This document shows, in pieces, positions 10,042 to 19,156 of a stretch of 64,000 bases of DNA. A model generated the notes under the pieces. That model was not told where the DNA came from and did no database searches. It saw nothing but the letters and a program-made list of their open reading frames with translations. Position numbers and translations under genes: made by a program. Positions within the stretch are counted from its first letter, which is position 1. Each line of letters opens with the position of its first letter. The DNA comes from Microgenomates bacterium OLB22 (GTDB lineage Bacteria > Patescibacteriota > Microgenomatia > UBA1406 > HO2-37-13b), in assembly GCA_001567515.1 (NCBI GenBank), contig LLEV01000010.1, forward strand, positions 6,801-70,800, read 5' to 3'.

Positions 10042-10536
10042 TTAGTGTGCTCTAGCTAGGGTCTGTTGGAGTTTGTAGTGGATCACAGCGGTGAGCCCAC
10101 AGGCTATAGCATCCACTGTGTCATCTGGCTTTGGAGCTTCTTTAAGCCCTAGTTGGGCAATGACGAGTTGCTGTACTTGCTTCTTATCGGCCTTGCCGTA
10201 CCCTGTTACAGCCATCTTGATAGTCACTGGTGAGAAAAAAGTGACAGGGCCATAATCTGCTGCTGCTAGCAGCAACACCCCTTGTGCTTGTGCTACAGTA
10301 ATAGCTGTCTTTTGATTGTTGGTAAAAAAAAGCTGTTCCATAGCGATATGAGTAGGATTGTGTTCCCTAAAGAGCTTAGTTACCTGCTGATGTAGGTGGT
10401 CAAGTCTGTCTGGAAGAGCTCTAGATCTTTCTGTGAATAGACACCCAAAGTCAACAAGTTGTTCCCCTCCCTTTTCAGTAGTAAAGACGGCAAAGCCAGT
10501 CCGCTCAATACCAGGGTCAAATGCGAGGATGATCAT
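10042..10536 (-). CDS. ruvC: crossover junction endodeoxyribonuclease RuvC
   Basis: ILAFDPGIERTGFAV and the C-terminal DTVDAIA catalytic Asp motif. Confidence 0.9.
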   Translation of the reverse strand: MIILAFDPGIERTGFAVFTTEKGGEQLVDFGCLFTERSRALPDRLDHLHQQVTKLFREHNPTHIAMEQLFFTNNQKTAITVAQAQGVLLLAAADYGPVTFFSPVTIKMAVTGYGKADKKQVQQLVIAQLGLKEAPKPDDTVDAIACGLTAVIHYKLQQTLARAH

Positions 10537-10757
10537 GAGATAAGTGTAGCAGGTTGGGGGAATAAGTCAAAAGTGAGAGGGCAATAGTAGTTGAATTAGT
10601 TCTCTAATTTCCCGGAGATTCCTAATTCCCCCTAGTCATTCAGGCGGTCCACCTACGTTCATGTTTGTCTCATGACATACATCCCTTCAGACAAAAACTC
10701 ACTTCGGGGGACATGAGTGTTTCTAAACCTCACTTCGTTTGGAAAAAAACTCTAATG

Positions 10758-10831
10758 TGGGCTTGAAGGGACTCGAACCCCTGACCCTTCGGATGTAAAC
10801 CGAATGCTCTAACCAACTGAGCTACAAGCCC
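10758..10831 (-). tRNA. tRNA-Val(TAC)
   Basis: Cloverleaf with anticodon loop ttTACat. Confidence 0.9.
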
Positions 10832-10931
10832 TTAAAATGATTTCTCTGGCCTTATTATAGCAAGCTAAAGTCATAAAAAATAGTATTTGTGCATAAAAAA
10901 TCCCAGCCCTCGTGTAGGCTGGGTAAGCTAG

Positions 10932-11228
10932 TCAGGGATCTGATCCGACTGATAGGCTTCTGCTGGTACTACTTGAAGACCTGCTCGATACTGCTGGAAT
11001 TAGCTTCAGGTCATAGCCAAATAGTCTGCAAATAAAAAAAAACATAATCACGCCATGTATCTCATCCATACCATCATGAATTGCTTTTTGGACTACGCCT
11101 ATGCCTATGGATCTCAGATTTTCAGTTCCAAAGTTGAGGAATTCAACATCCACAATTGCTTGGATTGTAGAACTGACTAACATAATGAGAATTAGAGTGA
11201 GGAGTCTTTTAAACCAGGCTTTTCTCAT
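10932..11228 (-). CDS. hypothetical secreted or membrane protein
   Basis: N-terminal signal-like helix and a Ser-rich C-terminus. Confidence 0.45.
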   Translation of the reverse strand: MRKAWFKRLLTLILIMLVSSTIQAIVDVEFLNFGTENLRSIGIGVVQKAIHDGMDEIHGVIMFFFICRLFGYDLKLIPAVSSRSSSSTSRSLSVGSDP

Positions 11229-11234
11229 CTTCAG

Positions 11235-11543
11235 CTAACCATGAACCGTCGCAGGATGCTTCCAACCATCAGTTCCCTCTGACCCAGGGTAGGTATTATC
11301 ATATATCCTGACACCCTGTTCACTTGTCGCTACTAGATTGTAAGTATCTTCCTCTACATCAGCAGTATATGGTGCGCCACTAGGTCGAGAATATTCGTCG
11401 GGAACTTGATCCGGCATCGCCTTCCAATAGCTGTCAACATATGCCTTTCTATCGGCTTCGGTCAAATGCAAAGAATATCCATCTGGACGAACACTCCAAC
11501 CTCTCTCCGACTCTTCCCACTTCTGAACGACTACCGTAGTCAA
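11235..11543 (-). CDS. hypothetical protein
   Basis: 102-aa ORF with AAGGAGG upstream. Confidence 0.55.
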   Translation of the reverse strand: MTTVVVQKWEESERGWSVRPDGYSLHLTEADRKAYVDSYWKAMPDQVPDEYSRPSGAPYTADVEEDTYNLVATSEQGVRIYDNTYPGSEGTDGWKHPATVHG

Positions 11544-11794
11544 AACGAACCTCCTTTGTGTAGGTGCTTATGGCTAGGAGTATAGCATAGTCGCTAAAAA
11601 TCGCCAGAGAAATTATGTTCATTCATTTACCAACCCGGGGTTTGTTTACTCTTAAGTTTCAACAATGGGAGGGAGTTTTTACATAACTACCCCGAGGTTT
11701 CTACGTAAACCAACCCCCCGGGGTTGGTAATTGGGTCCTGTCTTTTTGGTATCGTGGACTCGCAGACAGAGTTTGATATAATACAACTTAGCTT

Positions 11795-11814
11795 GCCAGG
11801 GTGGTGAAATTGGT
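11795..11814 (+). repeat. orphan copy of the tRNA-Leu(GAG) 5' end (gccagggtggtgaaattggt)
   Basis: 19 of 20 nt identical to 11892-11911. Lies about 12 nt downstream of a TATAAT box. Confidence 0.8.
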
Positions 11815-11891
11815 TATCGAAGATCCCGCTCAGCGGGGCAGCAGATAACAGCGTTTTGAAAGTAAATTGAAATCAGGGATGAGTGAGAGTT

Positions 11892-11973
11892 GCCCGGGTG
11901 GTGAAATTGGTATACACGCAGTCTTGAGGAGGCTGTGCAGCAATGCGTGGAGGTTCAAGTCCTCTCCCGGGCA
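11892..11973 (+). tRNA. tRNA-Leu(GAG)
   Basis: Class II cloverleaf with a long variable arm. Anticodon loop ttGAGga. Confidence 0.9.
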
Positions 11974-12119
11974 CACGCATAACAATATGGTATTCAAGTT
12001 TTATCTATCTATGGACATCGTAAATTGAATACTCAATAGTTCATTGAGCATTGCGCAATGATACTCACAATTTGTAGTTCTCAATTCAACTATTTCCTCT
12101 AATCTTGTATACTTCGCGC

Positions 12120-12638
12120 ATGAAAAAAGAACTCACTGAACTATCCATAGATATTGCACGTGGTCTAAGAGACTCATTTCGTGAGGAAGCTCGCAAGAAG
12201 ATCCCCCTTCTGCTTGCATGGCATGACAACCAAAATGCAACAAGCAGCAGACTAGCTCAACGACTCATACTTGATGCGGCTAGACAAAAAGCTCGTTTTG
12301 AACAAGTCATAGCACATATGCCAGACGCATCTGCCCCTGTAGAGCAGTTTATTAAAGACTTTACACACGCAGTAGCTGATTTTCCCGTGATAGATCGTTA
12401 TTCCCCTTTCACCTACCCTCAAGTTTTTGACTGGTTGTTAGCGGGAGGCGTTGAAGCAGGTTTAGCGCGATATCCCTACTATGTCGAGTATGAGCCAGAG
12501 ATCATATCTCAACTAAACAGACGAACGTTCTTTTCTGAAAATGTTGACCCTCGTGTCAGCACACTGCTTGTAGGGACTCCAATTGAGCTAGGGTATTATG
12601 TAGGGAGAGGACTTCTCCCTGAGTGGCTTGATAAGTAG
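12120..12638 (+). CDS. hypothetical protein
   Basis: ORF with an internal ATG (MKKELTELS...). No motif recognised. Confidence 0.5.
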   Translation: MKKELTELSIDIARGLRDSFREEARKKIPLLLAWHDNQNATSSRLAQRLILDAARQKARFEQVIAHMPDASAPVEQFIKDFTHAVADFPVIDRYSPFTYPQVFDWLLAGGVEAGLARYPYYVEYEPEIISQLNRRTFFSENVDPRVSTLLVGTPIELGYYVGRGLLPEWLDK

Positions 12639-12681
12639 ACCTGTAGTATCTTTTTTCGCATCTGCCCGTTATAATAGCACT

Positions 12682-13656
12682 ATGGTAATAGATGAATTAG
12701 AGCTTCAGATCAAGGCAGGTGATGGTGGCCCAGGCAGGGTCTCATTCCGTCGAGAAAAATATGTCCCTAGAGGTGGTCCTGACGGCGGTAATGGTGGGGA
12801 TGGAGGAAGTGTTTATGTCAAGGCAGTATCGGATCTAGGCGCGCTATCTCGATATCGTCATCACCCCGAGATCCTCGGAGAAAGTGGTGAGCCAGGCGGT
12901 GTCAGGCTCAAGACAGGGAAAGATGGGCAAGATGTGACCTTTGTGGTCCCTGTCGGCAGCATTCTCACTGACATCGAGAGTGGTGAGACCTGGGATCTAG
13001 ATGTGCCTGACAAGACTATTCTACTGGCACAGGGCGGCAAGGGCGGCAAAGGTAATACTGAGTTCAAGAGCTCGACCCGTCAGACACCTGACTATGCACA
13101 AAAGGGGACGACCGGACAGAAACGCATCATCAGAGTTGATCTACAGTACATAGCCCAGATAGGCCTTATAGGGCTACCCAATGCCGGCAAGTCGACACTG
13201 CTCAATGTGTTGACCAATGCCCAAGTGAAGGCAGCAGGTTACCCTTTTACCACACTAGAGCCTAATCTAGGTGATCTACATGGGGTCATAGTGGCTGACA
13301 TCCCGGGACTCATAGAGGGGGCGCATGAGGGCAAAGGGCTTGGGATCAGATTTCTCAAACACATTCGACGAACACGTCTGCTAGTTCACTGTATAGACTG
13401 TACTACCCGCGACCCTGTTCGTGACTATGTCACTATCCGGAGCGAGCTCGCCCATTTTGACAGCGACCTGCTTGAAAAGCCTGAGATCATACTACTAACC
13501 AAGACTGATGAGGTAGAGGCAAAAGAAGTAGAAAAGATAGCAAAACTATTCACTAAGAAAAGACATATCGTCTACAATTATTCTGCACTGGATGACGAGT
13601 CTGTACAGGAACTCACAAAACAGTTGCTTAACTATGCAGGTAAAGCCATTTCTTAA
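12682..13656 (+). CDS. obg: GTPase Obg
   Basis: Gly-rich Obg fold (GGDGGSVYV, GGKGGKGN) plus the G domain GLPNAGKSTLL. TATAAT lies 6 nt before the ATG. Confidence 0.95.
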   Translation: MVIDELELQIKAGDGGPGRVSFRREKYVPRGGPDGGNGGDGGSVYVKAVSDLGALSRYRHHPEILGESGEPGGVRLKTGKDGQDVTFVVPVGSILTDIESGETWDLDVPDKTILLAQGGKGGKGNTEFKSSTRQTPDYAQKGTTGQKRIIRVDLQYIAQIGLIGLPNAGKSTLLNVLTNAQVKAAGYPFTTLEPNLGDLHGVIVADIPGLIEGAHEGKGLGIRFLKHIRRTRLLVHCIDCTTRDPVRDYVTIRSELAHFDSDLLEKPEIILLTKTDEVEAKEVEKIAKLFTKKRHIVYNYSALDDESVQELTKQLLNYAGKAIS

Positions 13657-14120
13657 AAGGACTGCTTACTTCACGGGGCTACTCATGTTAGGAATTCTAG
13701 CATGTACTTATATTTATTGCAGAGCTTTGCCTCGACCAATTGGTGCCCTCTATGACTATCGTATAGTTACACTGCAAATAGGAACTGATAAAAGCCTCAA
13801 GGCATATGTAGCTGATACACAATATACTCGACAACGAGGCTTATCTGGGACGAGGACCCTCCCAGCTGGATATGGGCTTTTGTTTCTATTTGAAAAACCT
13901 GGTAAATATACTTTTTTGGATGAAGGATATGTATTTGAGTCTTGATCTTGTCTATATCTCTCCTGAGAAAGAGATACTAGAAGTAAAAAAAGGTATCACT
14001 CCTAAGAGCTATCCGCGGACTTTCCAGAGTGAAAAAGGACTCTATAATGCGGTGCTAGAGGTGCCTTCAGGTACAAGTGAGAAGTATGGGCTTGTTGAGG
14101 GGGCGAGGGTTGAGTGGTAA
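13634..14120 (+). CDS. DUF192 family protein, interrupted by a 1-nt frameshift in T6 (13912-13917)
   Basis: GLLFLF...KYTF joins FWMKDMYLSLDLVYI (the DUF192 FWMKN..PLD motif) if one T is removed. Confidence 0.75.
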
Positions 14121-14334
14121 ACATTTCCTCTCCGTCATTCCGTACTTGGTCCAGCATCTACCATAGTAGGCGTAAAGTTTATATATAAAAGATCAAAGCC
14201 CAGCCTAAAAGTGAAACGTATGTGTGTCATCACTGGTCGTTGGCCAGGGGTCCATCCGGTTTTGTCCCTTGCCTGCATCTGTATAACAACAAAACCTAGA
14301 TTTCCCCATACACTAGAATACAAAGCAAGACGAA

Positions 14335-14358
14335 AAAACCCCGCCGTAGCGGGGGTTA
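14335..14358 (-). terminator. rho-independent terminator
   Basis: Minus strand ccccgc-tacg-gcgggg followed by T6, abutting the TAA of the 14356-14655 gene. Confidence 0.85.
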
Positions 14359-14655
14359 CTCGAGATACTTCAACGGTCCTCGAGTTGGATGAAATGAGAC
14401 AATGAATTGCCCTTGCTTGAGCATCATAGCATCTCTTATGGATACCCTTAGCACGCATGCGCGGCTAAGGATGGGAATCCCAAAGAGCCGAATCATTGGT
14501 TTAACAACCGTAACAGTCTCTACGCCTGGCAGAGTGCCTTCTAGCACTCCGACTCCAGTTGGAGCATAATCGTCTCTCCAGAGAGACAATGCGGCTGCCT
14601 CAATCGTCTTAACATCCAGCTCTCCCTCATAGACAAACGTCTTATACATGAACAC
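14356..14655 (-). CDS. hypothetical protein
   Basis: 99-aa ORF ending at a terminator. Overlaps the upstream gene by 14 nt. Confidence 0.55.
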   Translation of the reverse strand: MFMYKTFVYEGELDVKTIEAAALSLWRDDYAPTGVGVLEGTLPGVETVTVVKPMIRLFGIPILSRACVLRVSIRDAMMLKQGQFIVSFHPTRGPLKYLE

Positions 14656-14950
14656 GGCTAACCCTCTTTTCTTTGTTCGGCTTTGACCTATACTCGATGC
14701 TGAAAGACCCGGTTGTCACATTTTCAGGCTCGATACGGATGACAACCATGATCTCCTTCGCTGGGAGATTGATGCCCAAAAAGGATGGATGTGTTACGAT
14801 AGTTACCTTTTTTCTTCCCTTTGCTGTGCCATTTGGCAGCAGAATTGTGCAGGGAGTGTGGCCTTGCTTGACCAAACTCTCACATGCTTTGATGAGTATC
14901 GCATCGGTCAGCTCAGACCCTGTGTACTCAAATCGCATCCTCTTGAGCAT
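14642..14950 (-). CDS. hypothetical protein
   Basis: 102-aa ORF with GGAGGA upstream. First gene of a two-gene unit. Confidence 0.55.
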   Translation of the reverse strand: MLKRMRFEYTGSELTDAILIKACESLVKQGHTPCTILLPNGTAKGRKKVTIVTHPSFLGINLPAKEIMVVIRIEPENVTTGSFSIEYRSKPNKEKRVSRVHV

Positions 14951-15234
14951 TGAGTCCTCCGTTTTCTGTAAATGAACTTACTAAAGTATACTCTATAGGC
15001 CGTATTAAGTCAAGAATGGGCAGTGGTTGAATTGGTCGGTTGGCCAGCCTATGGCGAGGCATATTCAATTGGAAATCTAAGAGTTGTAATCCTAACTTGA
15101 TTCAGGATCTAAAGACAAAAACACCAAGTAGATTTCCTTCGATCAGAATGATGGACTAGGGCAAACCCCTTCGCCCCTGGATACACTCAGGGCTTCGGAG
15201 GGATTTCATCAGCCCTCCAGAGGAGAGCTGATTC

Positions 15235-15262
15235 AAAAAAAGCGGAGGCTGGTGGCCTCCGC
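15235..15262 (-). terminator. rho-independent terminator after the tRNA pair
   Basis: Minus strand gcggaggc...gcctccgc followed by T7. Confidence 0.8.
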
Positions 15263-15319
15263 GCAAGCAAGAACGTGCCCCTCACCATTCTACCAGCAGG
15301 CGGATGGTGAGGGGAGGAG

Positions 15320-15392
15320 CATCCCCGGCAGGGTCGAACCTGCAACCTACGCCTTAGAAGGGCGCCGCTCTATCCAATTGAGCTACGGGGAC
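15320..15392 (-). tRNA. tRNA-Arg(TCT)
   Basis: Anticodon loop ctTCTaa. As assembled, the T arm gcagg/cctgc encloses only 6 nt (ttcgac), which may reflect an indel. Confidence 0.75.
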
Positions 15393-15398
15393 AAGAAG

Positions 15399-15470
15399 AG
15401 CCGACTCGGGGATTTGAACCCCGGACCCACGCTTTACAAAAGCGTTGCTCTACCACTGAGCTAAGTCGGC
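15399..15470 (-). tRNA. tRNA-Thr(TGT)
   Basis: Perfect cloverleaf. Anticodon loop ttTGTaa, T-loop ttcaaat. Confidence 0.9.
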
Positions 15471-15705
15471 AAAACCCTTAACAATTATACAAAGAGTGCG
15501 TCCTTTTTGAACCAAGCGTGTTATTGCCTATAGTATAGCAGATTAAAGAAGAAAAAGGCAAGAGGTGATGAATCCATGGAAAATAATTACTCCGTTTCCG
15601 AATATCCCAATATCCCCAATTCCCCGGAGCTTCCCTAAAGGAAATCCCCCTTCACCTAAAGGTTACGGTGGAGATTTTAGCCGCCAGCCAAAGACAAACG
15701 GCTTC

Positions 15706-15741
15706 AAAAAAGCCCCTCACCATCGAGTTGATGGTGAGGGG
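15706..15741 (-). terminator. rho-independent terminator (cccctcaccatc/gatggtgagggg)
   Basis: 12-bp stem followed by a T run on the minus strand, directly after the stop at 15760. Confidence 0.8.
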
Positions 15742-15759
15742 TGGTTTCAGCCGTGGTGA

Positions 15760-16122
15760 TTACTCGACTAACTTATGGTAGAGCTTTTGAGCAAACGTCA
15801 GGGCGACCCTGTGGCACGTGTACCCTCGATTGTTTAGGCCAGTCGAGAGTACTGTGGCCTTGGGATTCATGCTGTGGACCCAGATAGTGAATTTTCCTGG
15901 ACCCTCTGTTACGGCGCGCTCTTCCAGCCAGCTCACCACAGGCCGGATGTCTAGAGGAAGGAATTTGTCATCATAGCCCAGATCATGGTCGAGGAAGAGA
16001 TGCGTGATCTCTCCCCAGTGACTGCGGACCAGGGCGAGTCCATCCTCAGGGGTGGTGGCATGCATCACTCCTGGGATCTCTCCGAACCGGCGATCGAAAT
16101 CGTCGTCGATGACGATGATCAT
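15760..16122 (-). CDS. cyclic-phosphate-processing receiver (cREC)-like domain protein
   Basis: MIIVIDDDFDRR..., LFLDHDLG and VHSMNP motifs match my recollection of the cREC family. Start moved to the internal Met. Confidence 0.55.
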   Translation of the reverse strand: MIIVIDDDFDRRFGEIPGVMHATTPEDGLALVRSHWGEITHLFLDHDLGYDDKFLPLDIRPVVSWLEERAVTEGPGKFTIWVHSMNPKATVLSTGLNNRGYTCHRVALTFAQKLYHKLVE

Positions 16123-16150
16123 CACCCTACTCCTTAAGCTGGGACTGAGT

Positions 16151-16327
16151 TCAATTAAATACGCTAACAACGATCATACCTAAGAAAAATACCACATACG
16201 TGTATAGTTTGACCTGCCCAGGCTCATTTGCTTGAATTCCCCAAATCTGAACGAGAAATTCTTCTACCCTGAGAGCTACCCAACATGTTGCCACGGCGAC
16301 TACAATTGGATACAATTTCCTCTCCAC
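16151..16327 (-). CDS. small two-TM hypothetical protein
   Basis: GTG start 8 nt after AAGGAGGA. Two hydrophobic helices. Confidence 0.35.
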   Translation of the reverse strand: MERKLYPIVVAVATCWVALRVEEFLVQIWGIQANEPGQVKLYTYVVFFLGMIVVSVFN

Positions 16328-16445
16328 CAGGGAGTCCTCCTTGTTTAAGTGCGAATGTGCTGTATTAATTATACCACATACTACGGGATATTGCAACTTT
16401 GGTGGGCATTGCAATTATGCCATCTACGTCTTACCATGCCACTAT

Positions 16446-16784
16446 ATGGCGATTGAGATCCAAAGGCATTATGCAAGAGGGTTGTATAAAGGTCCCAAGA
16501 GAGAAATACCTGTAGGTTCTGAGTTTCTATTAGAGATAAAGAGCACTAAGAGGATGAGGGATTATACAGCCCTGGTACTTGAGGTGCTGGATTCAGATGT
16601 CATTGGGGTAAGCAAAGTAGATATTTCACCAGGCCAGAAACCAGTCTTGCAGGGTGTGATAGTAGCAGCGAGAGATGAGATTAATGACGCTCGGGTAGTA
16701 AGTAAGTTAGTTAGAGGGCGACTTCCTGAGCATTTCGTAAAAGATGTCATTACCTGGCGACCAGATGCTGAAGAGAAAGATTAA
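16446..16784 (+). CDS. hypothetical protein
   Basis: ORF from an internal Met (MAIEIQRHYARG...). Confidence 0.45.
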   Translation: MAIEIQRHYARGLYKGPKREIPVGSEFLLEIKSTKRMRDYTALVLEVLDSDVIGVSKVDISPGQKPVLQGVIVAARDEINDARVVSKLVRGRLPEHFVKDVITWRPDAEEKD

Positions 16785-16836
16785 AAAAAATGACCCTCGC
16801 AGTCCGTTACGTCGGATCAGTGGGGGCCTGTTTTCT

Positions 16837-17019
16837 TCATGGCGTAAAATGAGCTACAAGAGAGAGGATAACAGCAAAGGTAATAATCCACATACACTTT
16901 GTAATCGTGATTCCTCCAATTAGACCCCTATAAGGCCGATCTTCAAAAATTGGATCAAGAATTATGTTAGCCATGCAAGTCACGATTGCAGTGATCCAAA
17001 TGGCTGTCAGAGATACCAT
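16837..17019 (-). CDS. small membrane protein
   Basis: 60 aa with two hydrophobic segments. Confidence 0.35.
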   Translation of the reverse strand: MVSLTAIWITAIVTCMANIILDPIFEDRPYRGLIGGITITKCMWIITFAVILSLVAHFTP

Positions 17020-17408
17020 CCTGCTACCCCCTATTTATGAGAAGCGACTATGGGTACTCTAGCATAAAGTGTCCAATAATACTATAGGAATATAATGTAA
17101 TCTAACTTGTGATGATCACAGAAGGCGCTATCGATGCAAATCAAGGTTAAACCATGTCAAGATAAACTGTATAAGTATTATTAGCAGAGCTTATCAAGAC
17201 TAAGGCTTAGTAAGTATTGGTCATGCGGAATTATACAAATCTGCTCGAACATTTTTTGAACAGAACTGACCGCCTCCGCTTCGCTCCGGCGGAACGCTCG
17301 GGCTCTCGCGGTAGGCCAAAATTTTTTTCGCCGCCAACAATCAATCTAAGTCTAGAGCTCTCTTTTTCAGATCTTCCATGTATTCATCTTTTAACTTCCG
17401 GTATTGAG

Positions 17409-17843
17409 CTAGTCATTCGGATATTTTGTAGCCAACTCCTTTTTCAGTTTAGCAAATTTTTCCACCTCTTCGGGATGATCTCGGAAATAATCGCGCAAAC
17501 CAATCATATCTTTTACATGTTTATGATCTTTCGGAAAAATATGCACATTAAATAATCTATCGGCATTTTCTACTCTTTCTCTTACAAATAGTCTTGAGCC
17601 TGGCGTAACGTATTCTCCTGGATATTTATATCCTTGAGATTCAATTTTCCCAGTATGCCGATCAACAACCTCAATATCCTGTACGGTAACTAAAATATCT
17701 ACCGTTGGTTTACTCTCCAAATTAGGAACGGATGTTCTTCATATGTGCTCAATTTTAATAGCATCGCTACCGAATATCTCTATCAGGTCTTCGGCTTCTT
17801 TTGCAATGAGAACTAACCATTCAGGATCATGTGGCACAACCAT
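17409..17843 (-). pseudogene. GrpB (UPF0157) family protein with an in-frame TGA at 17741-17739
   Basis: MVVPHDPEW...IKIEHI[TGA]RTSVPNLESKPTVDILV...FRDHPEE. The stop aligns with the Gly of the family motif IEHIGSTSVPGL. Confidence 0.7.
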
Positions 17844-17926
17844 ATATTTTCTTCCTTCATATTTCTTACTTTGTTGGTTTTTCATGTTCAAAATTTATTG
17901 GTTTGTGCATCTTTATCAAATATGCC

Positions 17927-18508
17927 TTAGCAAGCAATTTTTACTGGCTGATGATTTACATATTCATATGTATTAGCGGCTGGATAAGGAATTTCTTCAA
18001 TTTCTATTCCGTAGTCTCGTCGTAATTCAGCAAAAGCTTCGTCTAAAGCTGAAGCAAGTATTTCTTGCGATTCATAGACTTTTCCTCTTAAAACACGACC
18101 GAGGCGAATTTCGCCGCCGGGTTTCGTCACTCTCATTAACTCAAACAAGCTACTCCTCACTCTTTCTTTCACAGTCTCTGGACTTTCTCCTAAAAAAATG
18201 TTGGGAATTGAAGCGTTCGACACTACAAGATCAAATACTTCGCTTTGAAAGGGTATCGCCTCGGCTTTACCTTGCACACTCTTTGTTCTCTCTTGAGGTT
18301 CTTGTTTTGGCTCCAAGCTAAAAATTTGAGAACTTACATGGTGATCTCTCGCCCACTTAGCAAATTGGCTTGAGCCACTACCAACATCGAGTATTCTCTT
18401 ATCAAAATCTTCGGGCGATAATTTCAAGTCTTCCATGTAATTTTGGAAAACCTCTTCATCAGTGTGGTCTTCTATTGAGGGTTCATTTTGTGGAAGATTC
18501 TCACTCAT
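17927..18508 (-). CDS. class I SAM-dependent methyltransferase
   Basis: ILDVGSGSS motif I, an acidic loop, and PGGEIR motif. Confidence 0.75.
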   Translation of the reverse strand: MSENLPQNEPSIEDHTDEEVFQNYMEDLKLSPEDFDKRILDVGSGSSQFAKWARDHHVSSQIFSLEPKQEPQERTKSVQGKAEAIPFQSEVFDLVVSNASIPNIFLGESPETVKERVRSSLFELMRVTKPGGEIRLGRVLRGKVYESQEILASALDEAFAELRRDYGIEIEEIPYPAANTYEYVNHQPVKIAC

Positions 18509-18622
18509 ATTTATTTAATTAACTCATCAGCCGATACGCCGTGCACGGCGAGCCAGTGTTTCCATACCTTTCCGCGCTTCGCGCGGCCGAATCGGTCGGG
18601 CAAAAATCGGAAAGTTTGATTG

Positions 18623-18707
18623 TGGTGCCGGGGGGGGAATCGAACCCACACGATCATAAGATCACAAGATTTTAAGTCTGGCGTGTCTACCATTTCACCA
18701 CCCCGGC
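18623..18707 (-). tRNA. tRNA-Leu(TAA) with encoded CCA
   Basis: Class II cloverleaf. Anticodon loop ctTAAaa, with one C-U mismatch in the anticodon stem. Confidence 0.8.
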
Positions 18708-18935
18708 TGGATATGTGAATTATAGCAAACTGATACTGTTGTCACCCCACACAACTCTAATTGCGAGACTGTATCGTGAGATTTGAGAAACTGGGATCTA
18801 GGCTATATTTCTCTCTGTCTTTAGACACAGCGCCTAGTTCAGGCTGACAGGAGCGATGCAAGTACATACTTTACCTCAATATTCACTAAGCAGAGATAAA
18901 TGGTAATTGATCATCATGTGCTTTATAATACCCTC

Positions 18936-19151
18936 ATGAACACATTTTTTACTTCTGTACTTCTGGTACTTTCGGTCATCATAGTCATCCTTATCCTCAT
19001 CCAAGGACGTGGTGCTGGGCTCGGGAGTGCATGGGGTGGCGGTGGTGAACAATTTGCAACTCGTCGTGGTATCGAGAAATGGATCATGTGGGCTACCGCC
19101 TTGCTTATATTTCTCTTCTTGGTTGTGGCGATCATATTACGTATCATATGA
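18936..19151 (+). CDS. secG: preprotein translocase subunit SecG
   Basis: Two TM segments with LILIQGRGAGLGSAWGGG, the typical SecG loop. Confidence 0.75.
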   Translation: MNTFFTSVLLVLSVIIVILILIQGRGAGLGSAWGGGGEQFATRRGIEKWIMWATALLIFLFLVVAIILRII

Positions 19152-19156
19152 TCTAT

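Noticed and set aside
14135-14458. ORFs 14135-14458 (minus) and 14211-14405 (plus) in the convergent gap after DUF192.
   Set aside because: They run through the terminator hairpin at 14335-14358 and overlap the end of the better-supported 14356-14655 gene. No start signals.
15565-15759. A 64-aa Pro/Gly-rich plus-strand ORF.
   Set aside because: It spans the minus-strand terminator hairpin of the cREC gene, has low-complexity composition, and has no SD site.
17217-18025. Plus-strand ORFs 17217-17555, 17743-17976 and 17831-18025.
   Set aside because: Antisense to the GrpB and methyltransferase genes in an AT-rich segment where long random ORFs are expected.
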